Positions 38,001 to 48,380 of a stretch of 64,000 nucleotides of DNA are shown here, one piece after another (position 1 is the first letter of the stretch; each line of letters begins with the position of its first letter). The notes beneath the pieces are model-generated. The model was not told the DNA's origin and did no database searches. It saw only the letters and a program-made list of their open reading frames with translations. The DNA comes from Mobula hypostoma (Eukaryota), in NCBI RefSeq assembly GCF_963921235.1, contig NC_086108.1, forward strand, positions 66,838,001 through 66,902,000, written 5' to 3'. The translations under genes and the position numbers were made by a program.

Positions 38001-41000
38001 TCAAACTTGCTGCGGCTTTTTATGTACTCATGTACCGAGATACTTAGATTAAAGGGTCCCAGTGTATGCTGGGTCAGCTGTTGAGAACTGGGCTATACAC
38101 TTTCTCTACAGCTTTACAGCTTCTGTATCAGATAAGTAAAATAACATTTGGTGTTTTCTAATTTCCTCCACTCTGGTACTATCATATCGCAAGGAATTCT
38201 TGAAGAGTTACCTTTTCCTCAAAACATTGAACAATTAAATACATAAATATAGACTTGAATGTATAAAATATACTTTACTATCATGGCACATCATACAGTA
38301 TTTTCTTGCCATCTAGAACATTGAAAGGTAGCCACTACCTTAACATACATAGAATTTTTCATTCCTTCCTTTCAGGTCTGCCAGGGTGATACCTGAAAGA
38401 CAGTGAGCTGGAACTCCATTCAGACATCTCAAAGAAAAGAGATCTTCATCTGGTCAGGGAGGGCGAGGAGGTGATAGAGAGGAGCTATAGGCAGGTAGTC
38501 ACACCAGGGCCTCGGGAGACAGATAAGTGGATAACAGTCAGGAGAGGGAAGGACCGGAGTCAGAAGCTAGAGAGCATCCCTGCAGCTGTACCCCTTGACA
38601 ATAAGTACTCCTGCTTGAATACTGTTGGGGGGGAGGGCCTACCTGGGTGAAGCGACAGTGGTCGCGCCTCTGGCACAGAGTCTGGCCCTGTGTCTCAGAA
38701 GGGTAGGAAAAGGAAGAGGATGGCAGCAGTGATAGGGGACACTGTAGTTAGGGGGTCAGATAGGTGATTCTGTGGAAACAGGAAAGAAGCACAGATGGTA
38801 GTTTGCCTCCATGTGCCAGAGTCTGGGATGTTTCTGATCATGTCCACGATATCCTGAAGTGGGAAGGAGAACAGCCAGAGGTCATGGTACATATTGGTAC
38901 CAATGACATAGGCAGGAAAAGGGAGAAGGGCTTGAAAGCAGAGTACAGGGAGTTAGGAAGGAAGTTGGGATTACTGCCTGTGCCACGTGATGGTGAGGAT
39001 AGGAACAGAGTGAGGTGGAGGATAAATGCGTGGCTGAGGGATTGGACCAGGGAGCAGGGATTCAGATTTCTGGATCATTGGGACCTCTTTTGGGGCAGGA
39101 ATGACCTGTACAAAAAAGGACAGGTTGCACTTGAATCCTAGGAGAACCAATATCCTGGCGGGGAGATTTGCTAAGGCTATTGGGGAGAGTTTAAACTAGG
39201 ATTGCTGGGGGGTGGGAAATGAACTGAAGTGACGAAGGAAGAAGCGGTTGGCTCACAAATAGAGAAAGCTTGGAGACAGTGTGAGAGGGAGGATAGGCAG
39301 GTGATAGAGAAGAGACGCGCTCAGACTGATGTTTTGAGATGTGTCTATTTTAATGAAAGAAATATTATGAACAAAGTGGATGAACTTAGAGCGTGGATCA
39401 GTACTTGGAGCTATGATGTTGTGTCCATTACAGAGACTTGGATGTCTCCGGGGCAGGAATGGTTACTTCGAGTGCCAGGCTTTAGGTGTTTTAGAAAGGA
39501 TGGGGAGGGAGGCAAAAGTGGTGGGGCGTGGCACTGTTGATCAGAGGTAGTGTCACGGCTGCAGAAAAGGAGGAAGACATGGAGGGATTGCTACGGAGTC
39601 TCTGTGGTGGAAGTTAGGAACAGGAAGGAGTCAATAACTCTACTGGGTGATTTTTATAGACCATCCAATAATAACAGGGACATTGAGGAGCAGATAAGAA
39701 GACAGATTCTGGACAGGTGTAATAATAACAGGGCTGTTGTGGTGGGAGATTTTAATTTCCCCAAATATCGATTGGCATGTCCCTAGACCGAGGGGTTTAG
39801 ATGGGGTGGAGTTTGTTAGGTATGTTCAGGAAGGTTTCTCGACACAATATGTAGTTAAGCCTACAAGAGGAGAGGCTGTACTTGATCTGGTATTGAGAAA
39901 TGAACCTGGTCAGGTGACAGATCTCTCAGTAGGAGAACATTTTGGAGACAATGATCACAATTCTATCTCCTTTACCATAGCATTGGAGAGGGATAGAAAC
40001 AGACAAGTTAGGAAAGCGTTTAATCGGAATAAGGGGAATATGAGGCTATCAGGCAGGAACTTGGAAGCATAAATTGGGATCAGAGGTTCTCAGGGAAATG
40101 TACGGAAGCAATGTGGCAAATATTCAGGGGATATTTGCATGGAGTCCTGCATAGGTACGTTCCAGTGAGACAGGGAAAGGATGGTCGGGTACAGGGACCG
40201 TGGTGTACAAAGGCTGTTGTAAATCTAGTCAAGAAAAGAAGAGCTTACGAAAGGTTCAAAACACTAGGTAATGACAGAGATCTAGAAGATTATAAGGCTA
40301 GCAGGAAGAAGCTTAAGAATGAAATTAGGAGAGTCAGAGGGGCCATGAGAAGGTCTTGGCAGACAGGATTAACGAAAACCCCAAGGCATTCTACAAGTAT
40401 GTGAAGAGCAAAAGGATATAACGTGAGAGAATAGGACCAATCAAGTGTGACAGTGGAAAAGTGTGTATGGAACTGGAGGAGATAGCAGAGGTACTTAATG
40501 AATATTTTGCTTCAGTATTCACTACTTTTCGTGATTTTTATAAATGACCTGGATGAGGAAGTCGAGGGATGGGTTGGTAAATTTGCTGATGACACAAAGG
40601 TTGGGGGTGTTGTGGATAGTGTGGATGACTGTCAGAGGTTACAGCGGGACAATGATAGGATGCAAAACTGGGCTGAGAAGTGGCAGATGGAGTTCAATCC
40701 AGATAAGTGTGAGGTGGTTCATTTTGGTAGGACAAATATGATGGCAGAATATAGTATTAATGGCAAGACTCTTGGCAGTGTGGAGGATCAGAGGGATCTT
40801 GGGTTCCTAGTCCATAGGACACTCAAAGCTGCTGCGCAGGTTGACTTTGTGGTTCAGAAGGCATACAGTGCATTGGCCTTCATAATCATGGGATTGAGTT
40901 TAAGAACCGAGAGGTAATGTTGCAGCTATACAGGACTCTGGTCAGACCCACTTAGAGTACTGTGCTCAGTTCTGATCGCCTCACTGTAGGAAGGATGTGG

Positions 41001-41037
41001 AAACCATAGAAAGGGTGCAGAGGAGATTTACAAGGAT

Positions 41038-41646
41038 CACTCACAACACGCTGGAGGAACTCAGCAGGTCGGGCAGCATCCGTGGAAAAGATCGGTCGAC
41101 GTTTCGGGCCGGAACCCTTTGTCAGGACTGTAGGCAGAAGGGGCAGAGGCCCTATAAAGAAGGTGGGTGGAGGGTGGGAAGGAGAAGGCTGGTAGGTTCT
41201 AGGTGAAAATTCAGTAAGGGGGAAGATAAAGGGGTGGGGGAAGGGATGCAGGGAGGTGATAGGCAGGAAAGGTGAAGAAAGAATAGGGGAAAAACACAAT
41301 GGGTTGTAGAAGAAGGCGGAACCAAGACGAAGGTGGTAGGCAGCTGGGGGAGGGGGCAGAGTGAAATAGGGATAGGGCAAGGGAGGGGGAGGGAATTACC
41401 AGAAGTTGGAGAATTCTATGTTCATACCAAGGGGCTGGAGACTACCTAGACGGTATTTGAGGTGTTGCTCCTCCAACCTGAATTTAGCCTCATCATGGCA
41501 GCAGAGGAGGCCATGTATGAACATATCTGAATGGGAATGGGAAGCAGAGTTGAAGTGGGTGGGAACTCCGCCCGACCTGCTGAGTTCCTCCAGCATGTTG
41601 TGGGTGTTGCTTTGACCCCAGCACCTGCAGATTATTTTGTGTTTAC
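41038..41646 (-). mobile_element. Penelope-like element fragment with inverted pseudo-LTR end, nested in CR1
   Basis: 13-bp TSD gatttacaaggat / gatttacgaggat (41025-41037, 41647-41659); THFNS..EEQHLKYRLGSLQPLGMNIEFSNF; hammerhead motif at 41093-41130 with core CTGACAA. Confidence 0.85.
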
Positions 41647-42020
41647 GATTTACGAGGATGTTGCCTGGATTGGGGAGCATGCTTAGGTTGAATGAATTTG
41701 GCCTTTTTTCCTTGGAGTGATGGAGGATGAGAGGTGACCTGATAGAGGTGTATAAGATAATGAGAGGCATTGATCGTGTGGATAGTCAGAGGCTTTTTCC
41801 CAGGGTTGGAATGGCTAGCATGAGAGGGCACAGTTTTAAGGTGCTTGGAAGTAGGTACAGAGGAGATATCAGGGGTAAGTTTTTTTTTACACAGAGATTG
41901 GTGAGTGCGTGGAATGGGTTGCCAGTGAAAGTGGTGGAGGCGGATACGATAGGGTCTTTTAAGAGACTCCTGGACAGGTACATGGAGCTGAGAAAAATAG
42001 AGGGCTATGGGTAACCCTAG

Positions 42021-42245
42021 CCGGCTGGTGGCATAGTGGCATCAGCGCCAAACTTCGGAGCGAAGGCTCCCCAGTTCGAATCTAGCTGGCCCCCTTGCAC
42101 ACTTTCCATCTGTGCTTGGTTGAGCGTTGAGCTAGCAACTTGGCCTCATAAAAATAAGAAAGCCTGCTAAAAAAAGATGCCATAAAAAATGACAGCGTCC
42201 TGATGACTCCACTCAGAGTTAAGGGCTTACTTTTTCTTGTTCTTC
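42021..42245 (+). mobile_element. tRNA-derived SINE with 14-bp TSD
   Basis: TSD atgggtaaccctag (42007-42020, 42246-42259); A box TGGCATAGTGG, B box GTTCGAATC; (ctt)-like tail. Confidence 0.85.
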
Positions 42246-42479
42246 ATGGGTAACCCTAGGTAATTTCTCAGGTGAGGACATGTTCGTCACAGCTTTGTGG
42301 GATCGAAGGGCCTGTATTGTACTGTAGGTTTTCTATGTTTCTGAAAGATGTTGTGGAGTTGAACGTTGGATTTACCCAGGGCATTGTAATTTCATGAAGA
42401 TTTCCAATGTTTTGGTACCAGTCAGGAAATCCAAACCTACATTCCCCGAAGGGTTTTCATTCCCTCTTGCAACAACTAT

Positions 42480-43052
42480 TTGCATTCAGTTAATGCCATT
42501 ACGGTGCCAGCAATCTCAGTTCAATTCCTTCATTGTCTGTGAGGAGTTTGTACGTTCTCCCCGTGACTGCATGTGTTTCCTCCCACATTCCGAAGACATA
42601 GAACATAGAACATCGAATAGTACAGCACAGTACAGGCCCTTCAGCCCACAATGTTGTACCGACCCTCAAACCCTGCCTCTCATATAAGCCCCCACCTTAG
42701 ATTCCTCCATATACCTGTCTAGTAGTCTCTTAAACTTCACTAGTGTATCTGCCTCCACCACTGACTCAGGCAGTGCATTCCACGCAACAACCACTCTCTG
42801 AGTGAAAAACCTTCCTCTAATATCCCCCTTGAACTTCCCACCCCTTACCTTAAAGCCAAGTCCTCTTGTATTGAGCAGTGGTGCCCTGGGGAAGAGGCGC
42901 TGGCTATCCACTGTATCTATTCCTCTTATTATCTTGTACACATTAATAATTACGTACACGTTAATAATTTAATTGGTCACCTGGGTGTAATTGGGCAGAC
43001 TCACTGGGCCAGGAGAGCCTGTTACCGTGCTGCATCCCTAAATAAATAAATA
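42480..43052 (+). mobile_element. V/HE1-type SINE split by a minus-strand CR1 3' end (about 42597-42941)
   Basis: ggagtttgtacgttctccccgtgac..cccacattccgaagac, then an (aacatag) CR1 tail with RGRFFTQRVVVAWNALP, then taattggtcac..(taaa)n. Confidence 0.75.
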
Positions 43053-44994
43053 GTACTAGGGCAATGCACAAAATTCACCCAGTCAGATTTGCAGTCTCAC
43101 TGATCTAAAAAATGACACTTCTTATTTATTTATATTGATCCATTTCTTCCCAAATTTAAATGCCTTCATAGATACCTATTGCCACCTACAATCTCAGATA
43201 CGGGCTTACCCATGTTCTATGTTGTCCATAGAGGTCAGGGTCACAGTCACTCTCAGCTCCTCAGTCTCAGAACCACTCCAGGCTGCTGCTGCTGATCTCT
43301 CTGTTATGTTTCAGGCTCTGCTATTTTGCACTGTCCAGGGAAGGTCACCAAAACTGCAGACTAAAGGAGAGGACACTTCTATCACTTGTTTCGCAGCTGT
43401 CAGAAAACAGGCAGGGATATGGCTGTTTATAGATTCCACTCACGTCCTCCCTGTCAACAACATGTTGGAGCAGTTAGGTGAGGCCCTGGATGGTTTCCAT
43501 GGTTCCTTCGCACAAAAAACACACTTCCTCTGAAGAGCATCAATGTACCACTGTCCCCAAGAAAAGACAAGCATCTACCTTCCAGTGTCCATTAGTTCAG
43601 TAGCAGCACTCTTCTGTAGCCAGAGGAGTGTTGCTTGTGGCTTGTCTCTTTGAGATGACGGTGAATACCTGCTGTGCTATATACTGTGGACTTCAGAAAT
43701 TGTAACTTAACAGTAGGGAACACAATTCTGATGCCCTTAATGCCAGTTTTAGGGAAACCTGACTGAATGTTGCATGCTGTTCTGTAAACCTTGAAATTGA
43801 AGCTCTGCTTTTTGTGAGGCTGCTTAAACAAAAACAAAGGCATGGGACAATTCCAAGGCCAGCATCTCCGTGAGTGCTCCGTACCTTTTGAAGAGGGAGC
43901 CCAGATTTTGCGCTCATATCTTAAGAATGGAAGTTGAATCCACAAGCTCATGATTCAGCAGAGTGCTAACAGCTGCAAACAGTGAGATTCTGACTTCATA
44001 GCAATTAATTGATCCTTCCACTTTGTTCAGACAAGTGCACGTGGGAGTCATGTTGTAACCGATTTATGCAGAAGCATAAAGTCAAGCCAATTTTATATTT
44101 CCTGATATTTTGAAATTTATAACAATAATTTGTAAAGCTATTACTGTCTTAACATTATGCTTGTTCAGTAGACCAGCATACCTGCTTGCTCCAGAGCACA
44201 ATTTCACAGTTTCTTGCTCCTCAGCTCTAATAAGGGCAACATATATCAGTTTTCACCTTCCCTACTGCTGGGCTCAAAAGGGATCCCTGTTGCTGCAAGA
44301 ACAAACCATTCAATTTAAATTCTCATTATGGGCGAATATCATGAGTTCCAGTGAAACAGTGGAATCCACTGGCTCTCCTGGATGTCGAAAGTTCATTTCC
44401 CTCCATGGATGCTGCCTGACCTGCTGAGTTCCACCAGCATTTTGTGTGTTGTTCAAGATTTTCCAGCACCTGCAGAACAGAACCTCTCGTGTCTCCCATG
44501 GTATTCTGCTTGATGCATAAAACTTGCCAGATTGTGCTGCAAATGCGCGCAGCAATCTCATCTGACTCATTCAGGATCGAAACCAGGTGCAAGGAACCCT
44601 TCCCTATTGCCTGTTCCTGACAGCAATATTCTCTAATCATTGCTAACTGTGTGCCTGACACTTTGCTCCCCTATCTGAGGACAGCTTAGTAGGAAAGAAA
44701 AGGAATCATGGAGATTTAAAAACCATATCAATATTGTAATAATTTATCAAACTGCAATAAGTAACAAGGCAAAATGACCAGAAAGATTAGGTGATTTAAG
44801 TTCCACTGTTACATGAAATCAAAAATTATCCACAAGCAGTTCTTAAACCTCTTAGTTCTCCATTATTTCTCTCGATAGACTGAGGTCATTTTGTAAATCC
44901 TATAACCTTTCAATAGCACTCAGTAAATCTTAGAATAATACAGCATTTCCAATTATTTTGTTTCTTAGGTATAACTTGGAGAGATTCCAACAGT

Positions 44995-45178
44995 CAACAT
45001 CTAAAATCCATACAACTCTGCAATTCATAAGATTGCTCAAAAATGCAGGACAGTGGGAATTCTGGGTGCTAAATTCTCTGGGACTTTGTGGGTTTAGTCT
45101 CAGGGTCTCTAATTTTCACTGTATTATTTACTATATTTGGCAATCTTAATTGCAGAGTTGTATGGATTTTAGATGTTG
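44995..45178. repeat. Long inverted repeat / hairpin with perfect 31-bp outer arms
   Basis: caacatctaaaatccatacaactctgcaatt (44995-45025) is the exact reverse complement of 45148-45178, with further imperfect inner pairing. Confidence 0.9.
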
Positions 45179-45751
45179 TAATTGTGAGCAGAAGCGATAT
45201 GCTCATAGAAAGTCTGAGGTTATGCTAAGTATGATAGGTAAATTGAAGCTTGAATATAAAGATGCCAACAAGTCAGACTTATCTTACACAAGGGGTTAGA
45301 AAATTTCCTTCTGGAATTCAGCAAAATGGGAGAATGTGGCTCAGGTTTTCACACAAACTTGTGTATTTTGCTAAAAATTAAATATGCCATGTACCAGCAC
45401 AATCCGGAATAAACATTGAATCCGCGAGGCTTCAGAAAAACCTCCAGTCTTCCATATTTTATGCCTAACTTCAAACTGTATCTGAACTGGACACGACTTC
45501 TGTGGGCACTTGGTACACAAGTACTGTTTAGGAGCTCAACTGAACGTGATTGTGTCAATCCTGATCATGTTATGAGTTTCATAATGATGCTGTAGACACT
45601 GCAGCTGACACTTGGTTCCAGCAATCCTGACCTTGGGGGCCGTCTGCGTGAAATTTATACATTTTCTTTGTGACCATCTTTGTTTCCTGATATCTTTGGT
45701 CTCATCTCACAATTCAAAGAAATGTTGGTTTTTAAGTTTAATACGCTATAG

Positions 45752-45964
45752 CAGTGGTCCCCAACCACAAAGCCTCTGCTACCAGGCTGCGCGGGAACGA
45801 TAAGATTTGGTGATATGAAACGATATGAGTCAGCTGCAGCTTTCCTCATTCCCTGTCACGCACTGTTGAACTTGAACACCACCCCCCCCCCACCATTGGC
45901 CAGTCTACGAGAATATCGTCAATATTAAACTGGTCCGCGGTGTGAAAAAGGTTGGAGACCCCTG
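45752..45964. mobile_element. hAT (Charlie-like) MITE inside a V-type SINE
   Basis: TIR cagtggtccccaacc / ggttggagacccctg; 8-bp TSD cgctatag / ggctacag (6 of 8 match). Confidence 0.75.
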
Positions 45965-46074
45965 GGCTACAGTGTTTCATCCTTAGTGGACGAGAGTGGC
46001 TCGAGTATCAGAGACTGTTGATGAACATGTAAAGGAGAATGGGTTACTCAGAAAATAAGTTGGAGAACAGAAAG

Positions 46075-46208
46075 GAGTCTTGATAAAGGGTCTCAGCCCG
46101 AAACGTCAATTGTTTGCTCTTTTCCATAGATGCTGCCTGGCCTGCTGAGTTCCTCCAGCATTTTGTGTGTGTGGCTTTGACTTCCAGAATCTGTATATTT
46201 TCTCTTGT
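46075..46208 (+). mobile_element. Penelope pseudo-LTR fragment, decayed hammerhead
   Basis: agtc-TTGATAA-agggtctcagccc-GAAAC-GTC, then atagatgctgcctggcctgctgagttcctccagc. Confidence 0.75.
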
Positions 46209-46749
46209 AGGAGAATGGAAATGATGGATTGTTCCAAGAGATAGCAAAAGGCTAGATGGGCCAAATAGCCTGTTTTGTAAGGGAGATCAATGAAATAAAG
46301 CAACAACACTCTTCCTTCCTGATAGTGACATTCATGGACATATACGCCATTTGCCCAAAAGGATTAGACTACATATCTACACTTAAATTAGGTTTATAAA
46401 TATTGTTCCAAATCAGTCAAATGAAATAACCAGCATGATTACAACTTAGTTTTTTAAAAAAGATTTTTAGAGTATTTCAAGATTTATGATAACTTTGTAC
46501 TCTTTCATCATTACTGCACCAAGTAGTTATCAAACTTTCTGATAAATCAAGATGAAAAGCAACCCATCATAAATTACTGAAAATAACATTTAAAGAAAGT
46601 TACAGAATCATTTGCAAGTTATATAGGAGCAATTTCTTAATAAATTACAATAAGATGTATAATTTCTGTAAATATTTTTATTGGCAGTATTGCTCTAACT
46701 TTAGAGCCACTTATAAAAGGTTTTAATGAGTGCAGTTTCTGCAACTCTC

Positions 46750-47108
46750 AATGGTGATTTTTTTTCCTCCCTTTCCCTCTCACAATAACTCCTTGCCTGT
46801 TCTCCATCTTCCTCGGATGCTCCTCTCCCCCTTTCTTTCTTCTAAGGCCTTCCGTCCCATGATACTCCCCGTTCTCCAGCCTTGTATCCCTTTTGCCAAT
46901 CAACTTCCCACTTCTTGGCTTCATCCCTCCCCCTCCTGTCTTCTCCTACCATTTTGGGTCTCCCCCTCCCCTCCCCACTTTCAAATCTCTTACTATCTCT
47001 TTTTTCCGTTAGTCCTGACGAAGAGTCTCGACCCGAAACGTCGACTGTACTTCTTCCTATAGGTGCTGCCTGGCCTGTTGCATTCCACCAGCATTTTGTG
47101 TGTGTTGC
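46750..47108 (+). mobile_element. Penelope-like 3' UTR / pseudo-LTR
   Basis: Closely similar to the minus-strand copy at 56833-57100; pyrimidine tract plus conserved end. Confidence 0.8.
47010..47047 (+). ncRNA. Minimal type I hammerhead ribozyme motif
   Basis: tagtc-CTGACGA-agagtctcgaccc-GAAAC-GTC-gactg: intact core, GUC cleavage triplet, stem I agtc/gact, one mismatch in stem II. Confidence 0.78.
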
Positions 47109-47455
47109 AAAAAATTGCAATGTCAATTTGCATTAAAATGCATCACTGTACTTTCAATATAACACAACACTGGATATTTCTGACAATCTACATCAAAAAT
47201 AGCAACAAACCAAGCAGCAGCATAAAGTCTCAGCACTTTATATATTGGGAGCTAATTACTTCTTGTTATTATTACGTATCAAGCAGTAAGGTAGCACAGT
47301 GGTTAGCCCAACACTTTCCAATACCAATGACCTGGGTCCAATTCCCAATGCAGTCCGAGTTTGTACATTCACCCCATTAATGCAAGGGTTTCCTCTGGGT
47401 GCTCTGGTTACGAGTTGGTAGGTTAGTTGGGCATTGTAAATTGTCCCAAGATTCA

Positions 47456-48380
47456 GGGTACGTCCACACTACGCCGGATAATTTTGAAAACGAAGCTTTT
47501 TCTCTTCGTTTTGCCCTCCCGTCCACACTGAGCCGGCATTTTCAGCCCCCAAAAACGGAAATTTTCGAAAACACTCTCCAGAATGAATAAATCTGAAAAC
47601 GCTTAATATCCTGCGTAGTGTGTACGGGATAACCGGAGAGATTTAAAAACGTTGTCATGACAACACAACAATAATGCTTTTTTCTGCTTCTGCTTGATAC
47701 TGCGCAAGCCGTTATAACGCGCAGTCGGTGTGAACAGCGTGACAGTTAAATTGTAAAGTGAGCTTTTTTGACTATTTAAAAATGCTGTCATGACGTGCCG
47801 GAACAGATGTTCGTTGTTTTAACAACTAAGTGAAGAAGTGAATAAGTATACTCACTTCGCCGTTTTCTGTCCTTGCATGTATGAAGGTGGTTTACCTACT
47901 TATGCAAGTACTTCTCTGACAATAGATGTGTAACAGCCTAATGTAACATTGTATGGAAATACAAGATAACGCTGATGCAGACGTTTTATACACTTAACAA
48001 GGTGCTTTATTAATACAACAGAGTTAGTCAATTTTTCAATGTTCGTCGTCAGCTGGGTCATACTGTCCGTGAACTCCCTGTCGGTTGCCTCCATACGCTC
48101 CAGTATTTGTTTTTTTTAAGTTTTAAGTCCTCCTGCGCGACAGTGAAGAGCAATTCCTTTAAAGTTTTTCTACTCTGTAACTGGACAAACGCGCACTAAG
48201 TGTATCGTTTCCTCTTCGCTTGTTTTCTGTGTGTCCTGCGCATGCCCAGTAGGAGGAGATTCACCCAAATATCCGCCGAATGTGGACGGAGATATTTTGA
48301 AAAACGCTTAGTGTGGACGCCTGTCGTTTTTACTCGAAACCGGCGTTTTCAAAATTATCCGGCGTAGTGTGGACGTAGCC
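47456..48380. mobile_element. PIF/Harbinger-type non-autonomous DNA transposon (925 bp) inside a V-type SINE
   Basis: 37-bp TIR gg(g/c)tacgtccacactacgccggataattttgaaaacg with one mismatch; 3-bp flanks tca / taa; CpG-rich. The host SINE (about 47283-48425) is restored on removal. Confidence 0.85.

Larger units (their letters stand above)
38455..42343 (+). mobile_element. Long CR1 LINE: SGNH-esterase ORF1, AP endonuclease, internally deleted RT
   Basis: ORF1 remnants VIGD..VRG and VMVHIGTNDIG..INAWL; endonuclease CVYFN..VSITETW, FYRP, VVGDFN, DNDH; RT KFADDTK; 3' tail ttctatgtttct. Contains nested PLE and SINE insertions. Confidence 0.9.

Noticed and set aside
42021..42095. tRNA gene
   Set aside because: It has A/B boxes but is the head of a TSD-flanked SINE, and I could not fold a convincing cloverleaf.
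42200..42225. Hammerhead or box C/D RNA at CTGATGA
   Set aside because: The stem is followed by TTAA rather than GAAA, and no terminal box D structure is evident.
43135..43951. ORFs of 132 and 119 aa in unique-looking sequence
   Set aside because: No motif or splice support; the region may be an old unrecognised repeat.
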